64,000 bases of DNA from Sedimentisphaerales bacterium (GTDB lineage Bacteria > Planctomycetota > Phycisphaerae > Sedimentisphaerales > Anaerobacaceae), in NCBI GenBank assembly GCA_963708075.1, contig OY970194.1, positions 736,001 to 800,000 of the forward strand, in the 5' to 3' direction. A program made the translations under genes and the position numbers. Each line of letters starts with the position of its first letter. Position 1 is the stretch's first letter. The notes beneath the pieces are model-generated. The model did no database searches. It had not been told where the DNA came from and saw only the letters and a list, made by a program, of their open reading frames with translations. This document shows, one piece after another, positions 38,815-49,299 of the stretch.

Positions 38815-40908
38815 ATGTTGGACTTTCTGTTTCACCCCAAATCGGTGGCTGTGATCGGAGCATCACGGGCGCCGGGCAAAGTAGGTCATGAGGTCCTGTC
38901 CAACCTCACGGGCGGCGGCTTTGAAGGCCAGATCGTCCCGGTGAATCCTTCCGCTGATGAGGTGCTGGGCCTCAAGTGCTACCACACCATCGCCGAGTAT
39001 GGCCGCGCGGTCGATCTCACCGTCATTGCCTTACCCGCACCCGCGGTGGCGGATGCGGTCAAAAGCTCTATCGAGGCGGGGACGAAAGCGATCGTCGTCC
39101 TCACGGCGGGCTTTGGGGAAACGGGATCGCGTGGGACCCTGCTGCAATCCGAGATCGCACAATGCTGCGCCAGGGCAAAGGTTCGGCTGCTCGGCCCCAA
39201 TTGTCTGGGCCTGATCAACACAACTCATCGCCTGAACGCCTCATTTTCACAATGCATGCCCAAACCGGGCGGAATCTCCGTCATTTCCCAATCCGGTGCG
39301 TTATGCACAGCCATCCTGGATTGGGCCTGTGCCCGCGGCATAGGATTGTGCAAAGTCGTCAGCATCGGCAACAAAGCCGATCTCGATGAGAAGGATTTTT
39401 TGCGGGTCTTTGCGGCGGACGAACAGACAAAGGTGGTTGTCGGTTATCTGGAGAGCATCACCTGCGGGGACGAGTTCATTCACATCGCTCGCGCTGTCAC
39501 GTCGTCCAAGCCCTTTGTCCTTCTGAGAGCAGGCGTCACGAACGCCGGCATGTGGACGGCCTGCGCCCACACTGGCAATCTCGCAGGGGCAGACAGTGCC
39601 TATGCGGCGGCCTTCAAGCGGGCCGGCATCGTCAGGGCCGAGAACCTTGATTCTCTGTTTGATTATATGCTGGCCTTCTCCACGCAGCCCCTTCCTCGCG
39701 GTGACCACGTGGCGATCATCACCAATGCCGGGGGCCCGGCGGTCATGGCGGTGGACGCGGTCGAGCGGTCCTCGCTGAAACTGGCAAGGCTGGACGGCCC
39801 GGCGATGGAGAAACTCAAAGGTGAGCTGCCGCCGACGGCCAACACCTGCAACCCGGTCGTCGATGTGCTGGGGGACGCCGATCCGAAACGGTATGCCGCC
39901 GCAGTCAGTGCCTCGCAGCAGGCTGAAAGCGTCGATGCCACGATTGTCATTCTGACGCCGCACGCCATGACGCAGCCGTCGGAAACCGTCCGTGCTGTTG
40001 CTGCACAGACGAAGGGTGACAAGCCGCTGCTGCTCGTCTTCCTCGGGGAGTCGAACGGCCAGTGGCGTGATCAGGCTTTGCCGGTCTATTCCACACCGGA
40101 GCGTGCCGTGGCGGCGCTAAACGCGATGCGCGAGTATCACCTCTGGCGCAATCGGCCGGAACTTGTAGTGACGCGATTTCCTGTGAATCGACGCCGGGTC
40201 GAACGCATAATTACACGGCATGTCCGGGCCAACTGTGTGCGAATCAATGAGGTGGAAACCAAGGAGATTCTGCGGGGCTATGATCTGAATGTGCCGGACG
40301 GCGCCATGGCCAGTTCGCCCCAGGAAGCTGTGGAGATCGCCGAGCGCATCGGCTTTCCCGTCGCGATGAAAGTCGTCTCAACGGCCATCCTCCATAAATC
40401 CGACGTCGGCGGTGTCAAGCTGAATATTGTCAGTGCGGAAGATGTTCGTGACACGTTTGATCTGCTGACGTTGCGGGTGGCCCGCCGCATGCCCGATGCA
40501 TGTTTGGAGGGGGTGTACGTGGAGAAGATGTGCAGCGCAGGGCTGCAGGTCGTCCTGGGGATGACGTGCGACCCGAGGTTTGGCCCACTGCTGGTCTTCG
40601 GGCTGGGCGGCACATTCGTGGACCGCCTGAAGGACGTCTGTCGCCACCTGGCTCCTATCACGGCCGAGGAGGCGATGCAGATGCTTTCGGAGACAAGATC
40701 GTACGGGCTTTTGACGGGCATTCTCGGCGCGGGTGAGGTCGATGTCTCCGCCATCGTCAGCGGCCTGCAGCGGATCAGCCAGTTGGCGACCGATTTCCCG
40801 CAGGTCAAGGAGTTGAGCGTTGACCCGTACCTCGTCGGCCCCGTGGGAACAGAGGCCATGGTGGTCGATGCGAGGATGACTCTGTTCAGCGCCGGCATTG
40901 AGAGATGA
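38815..40908 (+). CDS. Acetate--CoA ligase (ADP-forming), fused alpha-beta
   Basis: PKSVAVIGAS, GPNCLG, SQSGA, GNKAD, phospho-His AHTGNLAG, TNAGG, and an ATP-grasp domain with HKSDVGGV and DPRFGP. Confidence 0.9.
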   Translation: MLDFLFHPKSVAVIGASRAPGKVGHEVLSNLTGGGFEGQIVPVNPSADEVLGLKCYHTIAEYGRAVDLTVIALPAPAVADAVKSSIEAGTKAIVVLTAGFGETGSRGTLLQSEIAQCCARAKVRLLGPNCLGLINTTHRLNASFSQCMPKPGGISVISQSGALCTAILDWACARGIGLCKVVSIGNKADLDEKDFLRVFAADEQTKVVVGYLESITCGDEFIHIARAVTSSKPFVLLRAGVTNAGMWTACAHTGNLAGADSAYAAAFKRAGIVRAENLDSLFDYMLAFSTQPLPRGDHVAIITNAGGPAVMAVDAVERSSLKLARLDGPAMEKLKGELPPTANTCNPVVDVLGDADPKRYAAAVSASQQAESVDATIVILTPHAMTQPSETVRAVAAQTKGDKPLLLVFLGESNGQWRDQALPVYSTPERAVAALNAMREYHLWRNRPELVVTRFPVNRRRVERIITRHVRANCVRINEVETKEILRGYDLNVPDGAMASSPQEAVEIAERIGFPVAMKVVSTAILHKSDVGGVKLNIVSAEDVRDTFDLLTLRVARRMPDACLEGVYVEKMCSAGLQVVLGMTCDPRFGPLLVFGLGGTFVDRLKDVCRHLAPITAEEAMQMLSETRSYGLLTGILGAGEVDVSAIVSGLQRISQLATDFPQVKELSVDPYLVGPVGTEAMVVDARMTLFSAGIER

Positions 40909-42785
40909 GCATCGTGGATAGCACCCGAAATGGCGTTTGCGCTTCCCTGGATCGCTACCGGAGTATAGTCCTATCGGCCGAAGAGGCGGTTGGACGCATT
41001 CGGCCCGGTCATCGCGTGTTCATCGGCACGGGCTGTGGACAGCCACAGGCACTGGTCGCCGCATTGCTGCGTCGTGCGGATGAACTCGACGATGTGGAGG
41101 TCATTCACCTGGTGACATTGGGCGAGCCGGCCTTCCATCACAAGGAACTGGCCGAGCGCTTCCGCCTCAAACCCTTCTTTATCGCCGATGGCGTGGACAC
41201 CGGCACGCGGAGCCGTCTCGGTGACTACACGCCGATCCTCTTCTCGGACATCGCTGAACTGTTTCGTTCCGGTCGCCTGCCCATCGACGTTGCTCTGATC
41301 CAGGTGACGGAGCCAAACGAGCATGGCCTCTGCTCGCTTGGCATCTCCGTGGATGTGACGAAAATCGCGGCTGAGAATGCCGGCATGGTCATCGCACAAG
41401 TGAATCCGCAGATGCCGTGGACCACGGGCGACGGTCTGATCCGCGTCCACGATCTGGACATGCTTGTGCCATGTGACGAGCCTCTCCTGGAGACCCGCTT
41501 GCCTGATCCGGGCGAGACGGCTCGCCGCATTGCCGAGTACGTCGCCGCGCTGATCCCCGACAGCTCAACCATCCAGTTCGGAGTCCACCGGATCTTCCAG
41601 GCGTTGCAGGGGTTTCTCAAGAGCAAGCATGATCTGGGCATTCATGCCGAGGTCGTGAGCGACGGGATCATCGAGTTGCTCGAAGCCGGAGCGATCACGG
41701 GCGCTCGCAAGAGTGCCGATCGCGGTAAGATCGTTTGCAGTCTGTGCCTGGGCACGAAACGGCTCTACAGCTACATCGCCAACAATCCCGCTTTTTGCTT
41801 TCGCTCCGCCGAGTACGTGAGCGATCCCGCCGTGATCAGCCGGCAGAGGAATATGGTAGCGGTGGATCTGGCCTCGGAGATCGACTTGATGGGACAGGTA
41901 TGTGCCCACTCGCCGGAGACGGGATTTTCCGGGATGGCCAGCCATGCGGACTTTGTCCACGGGACCGCCAAATCGCGGGGCGGCAGAATGATCGTCGCTC
42001 TGGAATCCACCTGGGGCGATGGCAAGGTATCGCGGATCGTGCCTCGCCTCAGTGACGGGGCTGCGGTCGCGGCAACGTGTTTTGAAGTGCACTACGTTGT
42101 CACCGAGCATGGCGTCGCCTATCTGCACGGCAAGAGCCTGCAGGAGCGTGCGATAGCCCTGATCAGCATTGCGCATCCGGACTTCCGGGCCGGGCTGCTT
42201 CGCGAGGCGATCGATCGCGGCTATATCAGTTCCGATCTGGCCACCATCGAGGGCAAGATCCACGTTGGACCGCCGGTGCTGAGGAGTGCCACTGTGCTTG
42301 ACGATGGGACTCAGATCAGCTTTCGCCCGATGCATCCGACGGATGAAGCGCGCATCCGGGATCTCTTCCATTCGCTTTCGAAGCAGACCATGTACTATCG
42401 CTTCATGTCAGGTGCGGCCCGGCTGCCGCAGCGGCAGGTGCGTGACTTCGTGTACGTCGATTATCGCGACGAAATGGCCATCGTCGGCACGGTGCCCGAG
42501 GCGAGCGGAGAGGAGATCATCGCTGTCGGCCGGTACTATCTTGATCCCGGCACGAATCGCGCCGAGGTCGCCTTCATCGTGCGGGACCAATGGCAGAACC
42601 AGGGCATTGGGACCTTTCTGCTGAGTTATCTTTCCACGATTGCTCGGAGCCACGGGATTGCCGGATTCACGGCGGAGGTGCTGGTGGATAACCGGGCGAT
42701 GCTGGCCGTGCTGCGCAAGAGCGGCTTTCGACTCCGCAGCCAACTGGATGGCCGGGTCCACAGCGTTGAGTTGGATTTCGAATAG
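40905..42785 (+). CDS. Acetyl-CoA hydrolase/transferase domain fused to a C-terminal GNAT acetyltransferase
   Basis: DVALIQV...SLGISVD, QVNPQMP, LGIHAE, VVTEHGVAYLHGKSLQERAIALISIAHPDFR, then YYRF...AEVAFIVRDQWQNQGIGTFLL...VLVDNRAML. Confidence 0.9.
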   Translation: MSIVDSTRNGVCASLDRYRSIVLSAEEAVGRIRPGHRVFIGTGCGQPQALVAALLRRADELDDVEVIHLVTLGEPAFHHKELAERFRLKPFFIADGVDTGTRSRLGDYTPILFSDIAELFRSGRLPIDVALIQVTEPNEHGLCSLGISVDVTKIAAENAGMVIAQVNPQMPWTTGDGLIRVHDLDMLVPCDEPLLETRLPDPGETARRIAEYVAALIPDSSTIQFGVHRIFQALQGFLKSKHDLGIHAEVVSDGIIELLEAGAITGARKSADRGKIVCSLCLGTKRLYSYIANNPAFCFRSAEYVSDPAVISRQRNMVAVDLASEIDLMGQVCAHSPETGFSGMASHADFVHGTAKSRGGRMIVALESTWGDGKVSRIVPRLSDGAAVAATCFEVHYVVTEHGVAYLHGKSLQERAIALISIAHPDFRAGLLREAIDRGYISSDLATIEGKIHVGPPVLRSATVLDDGTQISFRPMHPTDEARIRDLFHSLSKQTMYYRFMSGAARLPQRQVRDFVYVDYRDEMAIVGTVPEASGEEIIAVGRYYLDPGTNRAEVAFIVRDQWQNQGIGTFLLSYLSTIARSHGIAGFTAEVLVDNRAMLAVLRKSGFRLRSQLDGRVHSVELDFE

Positions 42786-42818
42786 TGTCCGCGTCTTCTA
42801 TTCCTTCGAGGTAAACGC

Positions 42819-43235
42819 ATGGAGAAACAAAAGATTCTGATCGTGGACGATGACATCGATTTGAGCGGCTCACTGAAGGTGATTCTTGAACATGCGGGCT
42901 ACGACGCGGCGACGGCGGCCAGCAGGGCGGAAGGAATGGAGAAGATCAGGATGGAGCAGCCGAACTTGATCATTCTCGATGTGATGATGGAGACCTGGCA
43001 GGACGGTTTTGAGATGTCGAGAGACCTCAAGGGAGACCCTCAATTCAAAGGAACGCCCATCCTGATGCTGACGTCTATCGAAGAGATCACGGGCATCGAG
43101 GTGAAGTCGTCGGCGGGGGACCCGGTGTGGCTGCCGGTCGACGGATTTCTGGACAAGCCGGCGCTACCTGACACTTTGCTGGCGGAAGTGAGAAAGCTGC
43201 TGCAGAACTCGAAAGCAGGAGTGACTCCTCGCTGA
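42819..43235 (+). CDS. Single-domain response regulator
   Basis: IVDDD, ILDVMM, PILMLT, FLDKP. Paralog of 48896-49294. Confidence 0.92.
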   Translation: MEKQKILIVDDDIDLSGSLKVILEHAGYDAATAASRAEGMEKIRMEQPNLIILDVMMETWQDGFEMSRDLKGDPQFKGTPILMLTSIEEITGIEVKSSAGDPVWLPVDGFLDKPALPDTLLAEVRKLLQNSKAGVTPR

Positions 43236-43395
43236 CAGTGACCCGCGACCTCATTCCATCCATACTCCCGCAACGGGCCGGGGATTGAATTGTTCCCATC
43301 CGGCGGTCCCTGTGCTATCATGTGCCGCTGTGTCAAGGAGTGCTCCCAAGTCCTGCAAGTGGGAGATACTGGGTCGGCAGATGAGGAGTCGAACA

Positions 43396-45411
43396 ATGAA
43401 TCGCCGGAGTGCCGCTTGTTTCATGAAGACATGTGCCATTGATATCCTGCTGCTGCTCATAGTGGGTGTGAGCGGGGTCCGCGCCGACATCAGGCTGCCT
43501 GCCGTCGTTGGTGACAACATGGTTCTGCAGCGAGGGGAGAAGGTTTCCATCTGGGGCTGGGCCGATCCCGGCGAGGAAATCAGTGTACGCGTGAGTTGGC
43601 ACTCTTCGCACCGGCGCGTCCGTGCTGACCGCGGTGGCAAGTGGCTACTCAAGGTCGATGCGCCGAAGGCAGGCGGTCCTTACGGGATGACGCTCGTCGG
43701 CAAGAACACGATCACCCTGCGGAATATCCTGTGCGGCGAGGTCTGGGTCTGCTCGGGCCAGTCCAATATGGAAATGGCTGTGCAGGCTGTGGCGAATGGC
43801 GAGCAGGAGGTGGCGGCCGCGAATTTTCCGAATATCCGGCTGTTCACCGTGCAGAAGAAGATCGCGGAGACCCCGCAGGCGGATTGCGTGGGGCAGTGGA
43901 GTCTGTGCAGTCCGCAGGCCGTCGCCGGGTTCTCCGCCGTAGGATACTTCTTCGGCAGGCATCTGCACAAGGAGTTGAACGTCCCCGTGGGATTGATCAA
44001 CACCAGTTGGGGCGGGACGGTGGCGGAGGCCTGGACCAGCGACAGGACGCTGGAGAAGATGCCTGAGTTCAAAACCCTGATGGCCCGGATCGCCCAGGCC
44101 AAAGCCAATCCGGATGCCTCGATGAAGAAATACCAGGAGGAAATGGAGCAGTGGCAGCAGAAGATTGAATCCACGGGGGCTCAGAGCAGGGGTTGTGTTG
44201 CGCCTGACTTTGACGATTCGAGTTGGCAGGAGATGGAACTGCCCGTTCTGTGGGAGCAAGCCGGGCTGACGAATTTCGATGGCCTGGTCTGGTTTAGAAA
44301 GACCATCGACGTCCCGGATTCGTGGGCGGGCAAGGAAGCCATGCTCGAATTGGGGCCGATTGATGACATGGATACGACGTGGGTCAACGGAGTCAAGGTC
44401 GGCGCTCACATGGAGGCCGGCCAATGGCAGGTCGCGCGCCGGTACAAAGTTGCAGCAGACGTCATCAAAGCCGGCAGGAACGTAATTGCCGTCCAAGTGC
44501 TCGATACCGGTGGTGGCGGCGGGATCTACGGCCAAGCGGAACAGATGCGGCTCAAGGCGGTCGGTGCTGCCGAGGGGACGCCTGTTCCACTGGCGGGCAC
44601 GTGGCGATACAAGGTCAGCAGTGACCTGGCGTCGATGCCGCCACAACCCAAACAGCCGACGTGGGTCAACAATCCAAACGCTCCGACAGTGCTCTACAAC
44701 GGGATGATTGCACCGCTGATTCCGTTCGGCATCCGGGGGGCAATCTGGTACCAGGGCGAATCCAATGCAGACCGGGCCTATCAATACCGCGAGTTGTTTC
44801 CAGCGATGATCGAGGATTGGCGTCGAAACTGGGGCAGCGGGAAGTTCTCCTTCCTGTTCGTGCAACTGGCGAATTTCATGGCCACCAGGCCCGAGCCCGC
44901 AGAGAGTACGTGGGCCGAGTTGCGTGAAGCTCAATGCATGACATTGTCACTGCCGCAGACGGGCATGGCGACCATCATCGACATCGGCGAGGCCAACGAC
45001 ATTCATCCGAAGAATAAGCAGGATGTCGGCAAGCGTCTGGCCCTGTGGGCGCTGGCCAGGACCTATGGCCGAGAAGACCTGGTTTGCTCCGGCCCCAGGT
45101 ACAAATCCATGAAGATCAAAGACGACAAGGTCATTTTGCGCTTCGACCATGTGGATGGAGGCCTCGTCGCCAGAGGCAGCGGGCCTCTCACGGGCTTTGC
45201 CATCGCCGGAGCCGATCGCAAGTTTGTCTGGGCGGATGCCAGGATTGAGGGCAAGACCCTGGTTGTCCATAGCGACAAAGTACCGAAGCCGGTGGCGGTG
45301 CGCTATGCGTGGGCGGACAACCCTGTCTGCGACTTGTCCAATGCGGCGGGCCTGCCCGCCTCACCTTTCCGCACGGACGACTGGCCCGGCGTGACAGCCG
45401 GCAAGAAGTAG
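43396..45411 (+). CDS. Sialate O-acetylesterase (SASA) family secreted esterase with an inserted sugar-binding domain
   Basis: DNMVLQR, GEVWVCSGQSNM, WGGT, WYQGESN, VQLANF, DIHPKNKQDVGKRLA, VRYAW, PFRTDDW. GAGGAG RBS before ATG 43396. Confidence 0.93.
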   Translation: MNRRSAACFMKTCAIDILLLLIVGVSGVRADIRLPAVVGDNMVLQRGEKVSIWGWADPGEEISVRVSWHSSHRRVRADRGGKWLLKVDAPKAGGPYGMTLVGKNTITLRNILCGEVWVCSGQSNMEMAVQAVANGEQEVAAANFPNIRLFTVQKKIAETPQADCVGQWSLCSPQAVAGFSAVGYFFGRHLHKELNVPVGLINTSWGGTVAEAWTSDRTLEKMPEFKTLMARIAQAKANPDASMKKYQEEMEQWQQKIESTGAQSRGCVAPDFDDSSWQEMELPVLWEQAGLTNFDGLVWFRKTIDVPDSWAGKEAMLELGPIDDMDTTWVNGVKVGAHMEAGQWQVARRYKVAADVIKAGRNVIAVQVLDTGGGGGIYGQAEQMRLKAVGAAEGTPVPLAGTWRYKVSSDLASMPPQPKQPTWVNNPNAPTVLYNGMIAPLIPFGIRGAIWYQGESNADRAYQYRELFPAMIEDWRRNWGSGKFSFLFVQLANFMATRPEPAESTWAELREAQCMTLSLPQTGMATIIDIGEANDIHPKNKQDVGKRLALWALARTYGREDLVCSGPRYKSMKIKDDKVILRFDHVDGGLVARGSGPLTGFAIAGADRKFVWADARIEGKTLVVHSDKVPKPVAVRYAWADNPVCDLSNAAGLPASPFRTDDWPGVTAGKK

Positions 45412-45445
45412 ATATCTCGGTGGCAGGGGGGCAGCCCCGTGTTCG

Positions 45446-46693
45446 CTAAGGTTTCCGGCCGAAGCAGAAAAGGTGCTTGAAGCCTCGCAGGAAGACCTGG
45501 CCGTCGCTGATCGCAGGCGAGGCGTAGCAGGACTCGCCCAACTCATATTGCGCGACGCGCTCGAATGCGGAGCCGGGTTTGATCACATTCACCTGGCCAT
45601 CGTCGTTGATGAAGAACACCAAACCATCGATCAGGACTGGAGAAGCGTGATGCCGCCCCAGCTTCTGCTGCCAGAGCACCTTGCCTGTGGCGGCTTCGTA
45701 GCAGAACGCTGTGCCGCCGTTGTTGACGCTGAGCAGGTAATCGCCTGCGACCATCAGGGATGGAACATAAGGTGCACCCTTGTTGTCGCTCCAGACGACA
45801 TGTGTGCCGGTAACGTCGCCGCTGCCATCGGGCCGGATGGCGAGCAGGACTTGCTTGGGCCAACTGCTGCTGATGAACACCAACCCGGCCTTTTCACTGT
45901 ACGTTGGCGTGGCGACGAATTCCTGCGAGGGGCCATCCACTGTCCAGAGCTGCTTGCCGGTCTCAGGGTCAAAACTGGTCACGCAGCGGTCGCCGCACTG
46001 AATCATTTGCATGCGGCCGGCCAACTCACGAATCAGCGGGGCGCTGTAGCTGATCCCCTGGTGGGTGCGGCTGATGCGCCAACGCGTCTTCCCGTCCTCG
46101 CGGTTCAGGGCAATCAGAAACGAATCGCCTTTGCTGTCGCCGTCCACGATGACCATATCCTTGAATAGCACTGGCTCGTTGCTGAATCCCCACTCGCCGG
46201 CGTGTGTGCCCGGCCGGACCAGCCAGAGCTGTTTGCCGCTGGCCAGGTCGTGTGCGGCTACAACGATCTCGTCGCCGACGCGAAAGGTGACGTAGACCCG
46301 CTCACCGTCCGTGGCCGGCGTGCCGGAGGCATGGCTGTTTTCCTTATGGATCTTCTCCAGAGGCCCCTGCACGACGGTCTGTTGCCAGAGAATCTTCCCG
46401 CTGGCACGATCGAGGCAAAGGAGCACGCGCTCCTGCGTGGCCGGCAGGGCGGTGACGGTACACACGCGGTCGCCCCAGACAATCGCGGAGGAATGTCCCT
46501 GGCCCGGGAGCTCCGTTTTCCACATCGCGTTGCTCCCGTCCCAATTTGTAGGGACATCTTGCTCGATACAGGTCCCGTCACCTCGCGGGCCCCGCCAGCA
46601 GGGCCACGATTCGGCTTTGACAACAATCGGGAAATTAGGGAGGAGGCAGGCGAGCAGAATGGCTAAGGTAAAGGATCGTTTTCTGGAGTTCAT
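45446..46693 (-). CDS. PQQ-like/BamB-like beta-propeller protein (planctomycete-type family)
   Basis: Signal peptide, WPCWRGPRGDG, repeated GKxLW blades, YASPAISDGQVFLR terminus. Confidence 0.88.
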   Translation of the reverse strand: MNSRKRSFTLAILLACLLPNFPIVVKAESWPCWRGPRGDGTCIEQDVPTNWDGSNAMWKTELPGQGHSSAIVWGDRVCTVTALPATQERVLLCLDRASGKILWQQTVVQGPLEKIHKENSHASGTPATDGERVYVTFRVGDEIVVAAHDLASGKQLWLVRPGTHAGEWGFSNEPVLFKDMVIVDGDSKGDSFLIALNREDGKTRWRISRTHQGISYSAPLIRELAGRMQMIQCGDRCVTSFDPETGKQLWTVDGPSQEFVATPTYSEKAGLVFISSSWPKQVLLAIRPDGSGDVTGTHVVWSDNKGAPYVPSLMVAGDYLLSVNNGGTAFCYEAATGKVLWQQKLGRHHASPVLIDGLVFFINDDGQVNVIKPGSAFERVAQYELGESCYASPAISDGQVFLRGFKHLFCFGRKP

Positions 46694-46810
46694 AGCTTTC
46701 CCTGAGATGATCGAGGTAAGGAAGGAGTGTTCAAGACGTCTCATCCGGATTACAATGTCAGCCAGTTTTGACACGACGCAAGTTGATTGTGAATTCGACT
46801 CATTGTCAGA

Positions 46811-46838
46811 AGTATATCGTGCTGGACGGGCGTGTCAA
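46811..46838 (-). promoter_or_regulatory. Sigma-70-type promoter for the beta-propeller gene
   Basis: TTGACA-N16-TATACT on the minus strand. Confidence 0.6.
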
Positions 46839-46862
46839 GCATAGGATTGGGAGGAAAGCACC

Positions 46863-48146
46863 ATGAGGGGCATGGGACAAGTGAATCAACAAGGGTTCGA
46901 CAGGCGTCGGTTTCTGGCCGGTGCTGGTGCAGCGACGTTCACGGCGGGACTGTCCCTGGCGGCTGGTGAGGAGGGTGCAGGCAAGGCACGGTCTCCCAGC
47001 CCCGAGGAGTTGGACCATGTTGCCGCGGCTCCGATACTGAAGCAGGACGGGCTGTCGTCGCCGGTCGTGATCGATTCGATCCGGCTGCTCAAAAAGGGCA
47101 GGGACTTCCTGGTCCACGTGCGTTCCAAAGATGGGGCGGAGGGCGTATCGCTTACCGATCCTCCGCGGGCCGAGTACCTGGCGCAGATTCTCAGACAACT
47201 CGTGATCCCGTTCTTCATCGGCAAGGACGCGCGGGACTTGGAGAATCTGCTGTGGGAGCTTTATCGATGGCAGAGCAACTATAAAATGTACGGGCTGGCG
47301 TTCTGGTCCCCGCAGGCGTGGGTGGAGTTTGCGATCCTGGACATGCTGGGCCGAATTGCCGGCAAGCCGATGGGCGCGATGCTGGGCGACATCGTGCGCA
47401 CGGAGGTGCCGTTTTATGTCGCCAGCGGCCGGCGGGACACGACGCCCGAGCAGGAAGTGGAGTACCTGCAGAAACTCGTGGAGCAATCGGGGGCCAGGGC
47501 AGTGAAGTTCCGCGTCGGCGGGCGGATGAGCCGCAACGCCGATGCCATGCCGGGGCGAACGGAGAAGCTCATCCCGCTGGTGCGAAAGACGTTTGGAGAC
47601 GCGATCGATATCCACGCGGATTCGAACAGCTCCTACGATCCACCGCAGGCGATCAAGGTGGGGCGGATGCTGGAGGAGGTCAAGGCGGTCTATTTCGAGG
47701 AGCCGTGCCCATTCGATCATTTGGAGGACACCAGGAAGGTTACCGACGCGCTGACGATTCCGGTAGCGGGCGGAGAGCAGGAATACAGCGACTGGCGGTT
47801 CCGATGGATGATCGCCAATCGGGGCGTGGACATTGTGCAGCCGGACCTGCATTACTACGGCGGGATGATACGGTCGATCCGGGTGGCGCGCATGGCGGAG
47901 GCGGCGAAGATGCCGACGACAGTGCACATTTCCGGCGGATTCGGTTTCGTATACATGCTCCACTTCGCTTCTTGCGTGAAAGACATCGGACGCTACCAGG
48001 AGTACAAACTCGGGACGCAATCGTACGGAAGCTGGTTCGATCCTCCGATCACCATAAAGGACGGGAAGATGAGCGTGCCTACTGGTCCGGGCTCGGGCAT
48101 CAAAGACCTCAAGGGCCTATTGCAGGGCGCAGTTGAGGTAGCCTAG
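46863..48146 (+). CDS. Mandelate racemase/muconate lactonizing enzyme family protein with a Tat signal
   Basis: DRRRFLAG twin-arginine motif. VEFAILDMLG, metal ligands ADSN / FEEP / GGEQ, VQPD, and PTGPG. Confidence 0.9.
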   Translation: MRGMGQVNQQGFDRRRFLAGAGAATFTAGLSLAAGEEGAGKARSPSPEELDHVAAAPILKQDGLSSPVVIDSIRLLKKGRDFLVHVRSKDGAEGVSLTDPPRAEYLAQILRQLVIPFFIGKDARDLENLLWELYRWQSNYKMYGLAFWSPQAWVEFAILDMLGRIAGKPMGAMLGDIVRTEVPFYVASGRRDTTPEQEVEYLQKLVEQSGARAVKFRVGGRMSRNADAMPGRTEKLIPLVRKTFGDAIDIHADSNSSYDPPQAIKVGRMLEEVKAVYFEEPCPFDHLEDTRKVTDALTIPVAGGEQEYSDWRFRWMIANRGVDIVQPDLHYYGGMIRSIRVARMAEAAKMPTTVHISGGFGFVYMLHFASCVKDIGRYQEYKLGTQSYGSWFDPPITIKDGKMSVPTGPGSGIKDLKGLLQGAVEVA

Positions 48147-48186
48147 GGCGGGGAGGACAGCCGCCTGTTCCGGCTTCTTTCGGTCC

Positions 48187-48625
48187 TTACCCGGCCAGTT
48201 GCTCGAGGCGGGCCCGGGCCTCTCGTTTGCCCATGTGGCGAAGGGATGCGATCATCGCCACCTGCTGCTTACGGGGCCGGGCGGACTCATGCTCCCAGTT
48301 GTAGATCGTCTGATCCGTCACGCCGATGAGCTTGCCATAATCCTCGGCGGACAGTCCCAGACGCGCCCGCTGGGAACGCAAGCCCTTGGCGGTGAATCGT
48401 GCCGCGCTGCCCATCGGGCTCGGGAGCCTGCGATGGGATATTCTTCTGGACCTGCTTTTCGAGAGGACCGATCTTGCGCTGAAGCTCGGATATCCGGCGT
48501 TTCATCTCGGCAATGTCCTTGCGGTACTGGACTGATGCCCTCCGAAGAGCGTTTGTCTCTTTGCGGGCTTCCTTGCGAGCCAGCCGGGAGATCTCCTCTT
48601 TGAGTACGGTAGCGATGTTCGGCAT
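48187..48625 (-). CDS. Coiled-coil plus XRE-family HTH protein; apparent frameshift near 48410
   Basis: AGGAG RBS, then MPNIATVLKEEISRLARKE coiled coil. Deleting one G in GATGGGCAG joins RFTAKGLRSQRARLGLSAEDYGKLIGVTDQTIYNWE. Confidence 0.85.
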
Positions 48626-48895
48626 GTGGTTCTCCTGATCCTCGTACGACAGACCCTGCTTCACAGGACGCCAACCTGGAGCGTCGAGACTCGTGACATC
48701 GACATAGAATAACAACACTATGAAACACGGTATGTCAACAATAAACTCCTGTCTCAAGCCATGGATTCCTGGGAGCGTTTTCTTGCGGCTGTTTTCATAT
48801 GGATTGGATGGTTTCTGTTGGCGCAGGATTTCCCCTCGCCTATAATAGGAGATCATCACAACGATTAACGTGTTCATTGTGTCCAGGGAGGACAG

Positions 48896-49294
48896 ATGAC
48901 AGCAGGGGGCAAGGTCCTGATAGTTGACGACGATCCAGACATCACCGAGGCGATGCGAGTCGTCCTTGAGGGCAAGGGCCACGAGGTTTGCAGCGCGCGG
49001 GACAGCACGGAGGGCATGGAGCAGGTGAAGCGGGCCAGGCCGGATCTGATCATCCTCGATGTGATGATGAGAACCTCACAGGAGGGCTTTGAGTTCGCCA
49101 GAACGCTCAAGCAAAGTCCGTCCTACAAGGACATCCCCATCCTCATGTTGACGGCGGTGAAGCACAAGACAGGGCTGGATTTCAAGACCGAATCCGGAGA
49201 TCGATCCTGGCTGCCCGTGGAAGCGTTCCTCGATAAACCGGTCAAGCCGGATGTGCTGATAGAGAAGGTCGAAAGCCTGATTCGAAAGCCCTGA
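48896..49294 (+). CDS. Single-domain response regulator
   Basis: IVDDD, ILDVMM, PILMLT, FLDKP; GGAGG RBS. Confidence 0.93.
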   Translation: MTAGGKVLIVDDDPDITEAMRVVLEGKGHEVCSARDSTEGMEQVKRARPDLIILDVMMRTSQEGFEFARTLKQSPSYKDIPILMLTAVKHKTGLDFKTESGDRSWLPVEAFLDKPVKPDVLIEKVESLIRKP

Positions 49295-49299
49295 GTGCC

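Noticed and set aside
48187..48625. XRE HTH gene as a prophage, mobile element or toxin-antitoxin marker
   Set aside because: No integrase, transposase, toxin partner or flanking repeats are visible.
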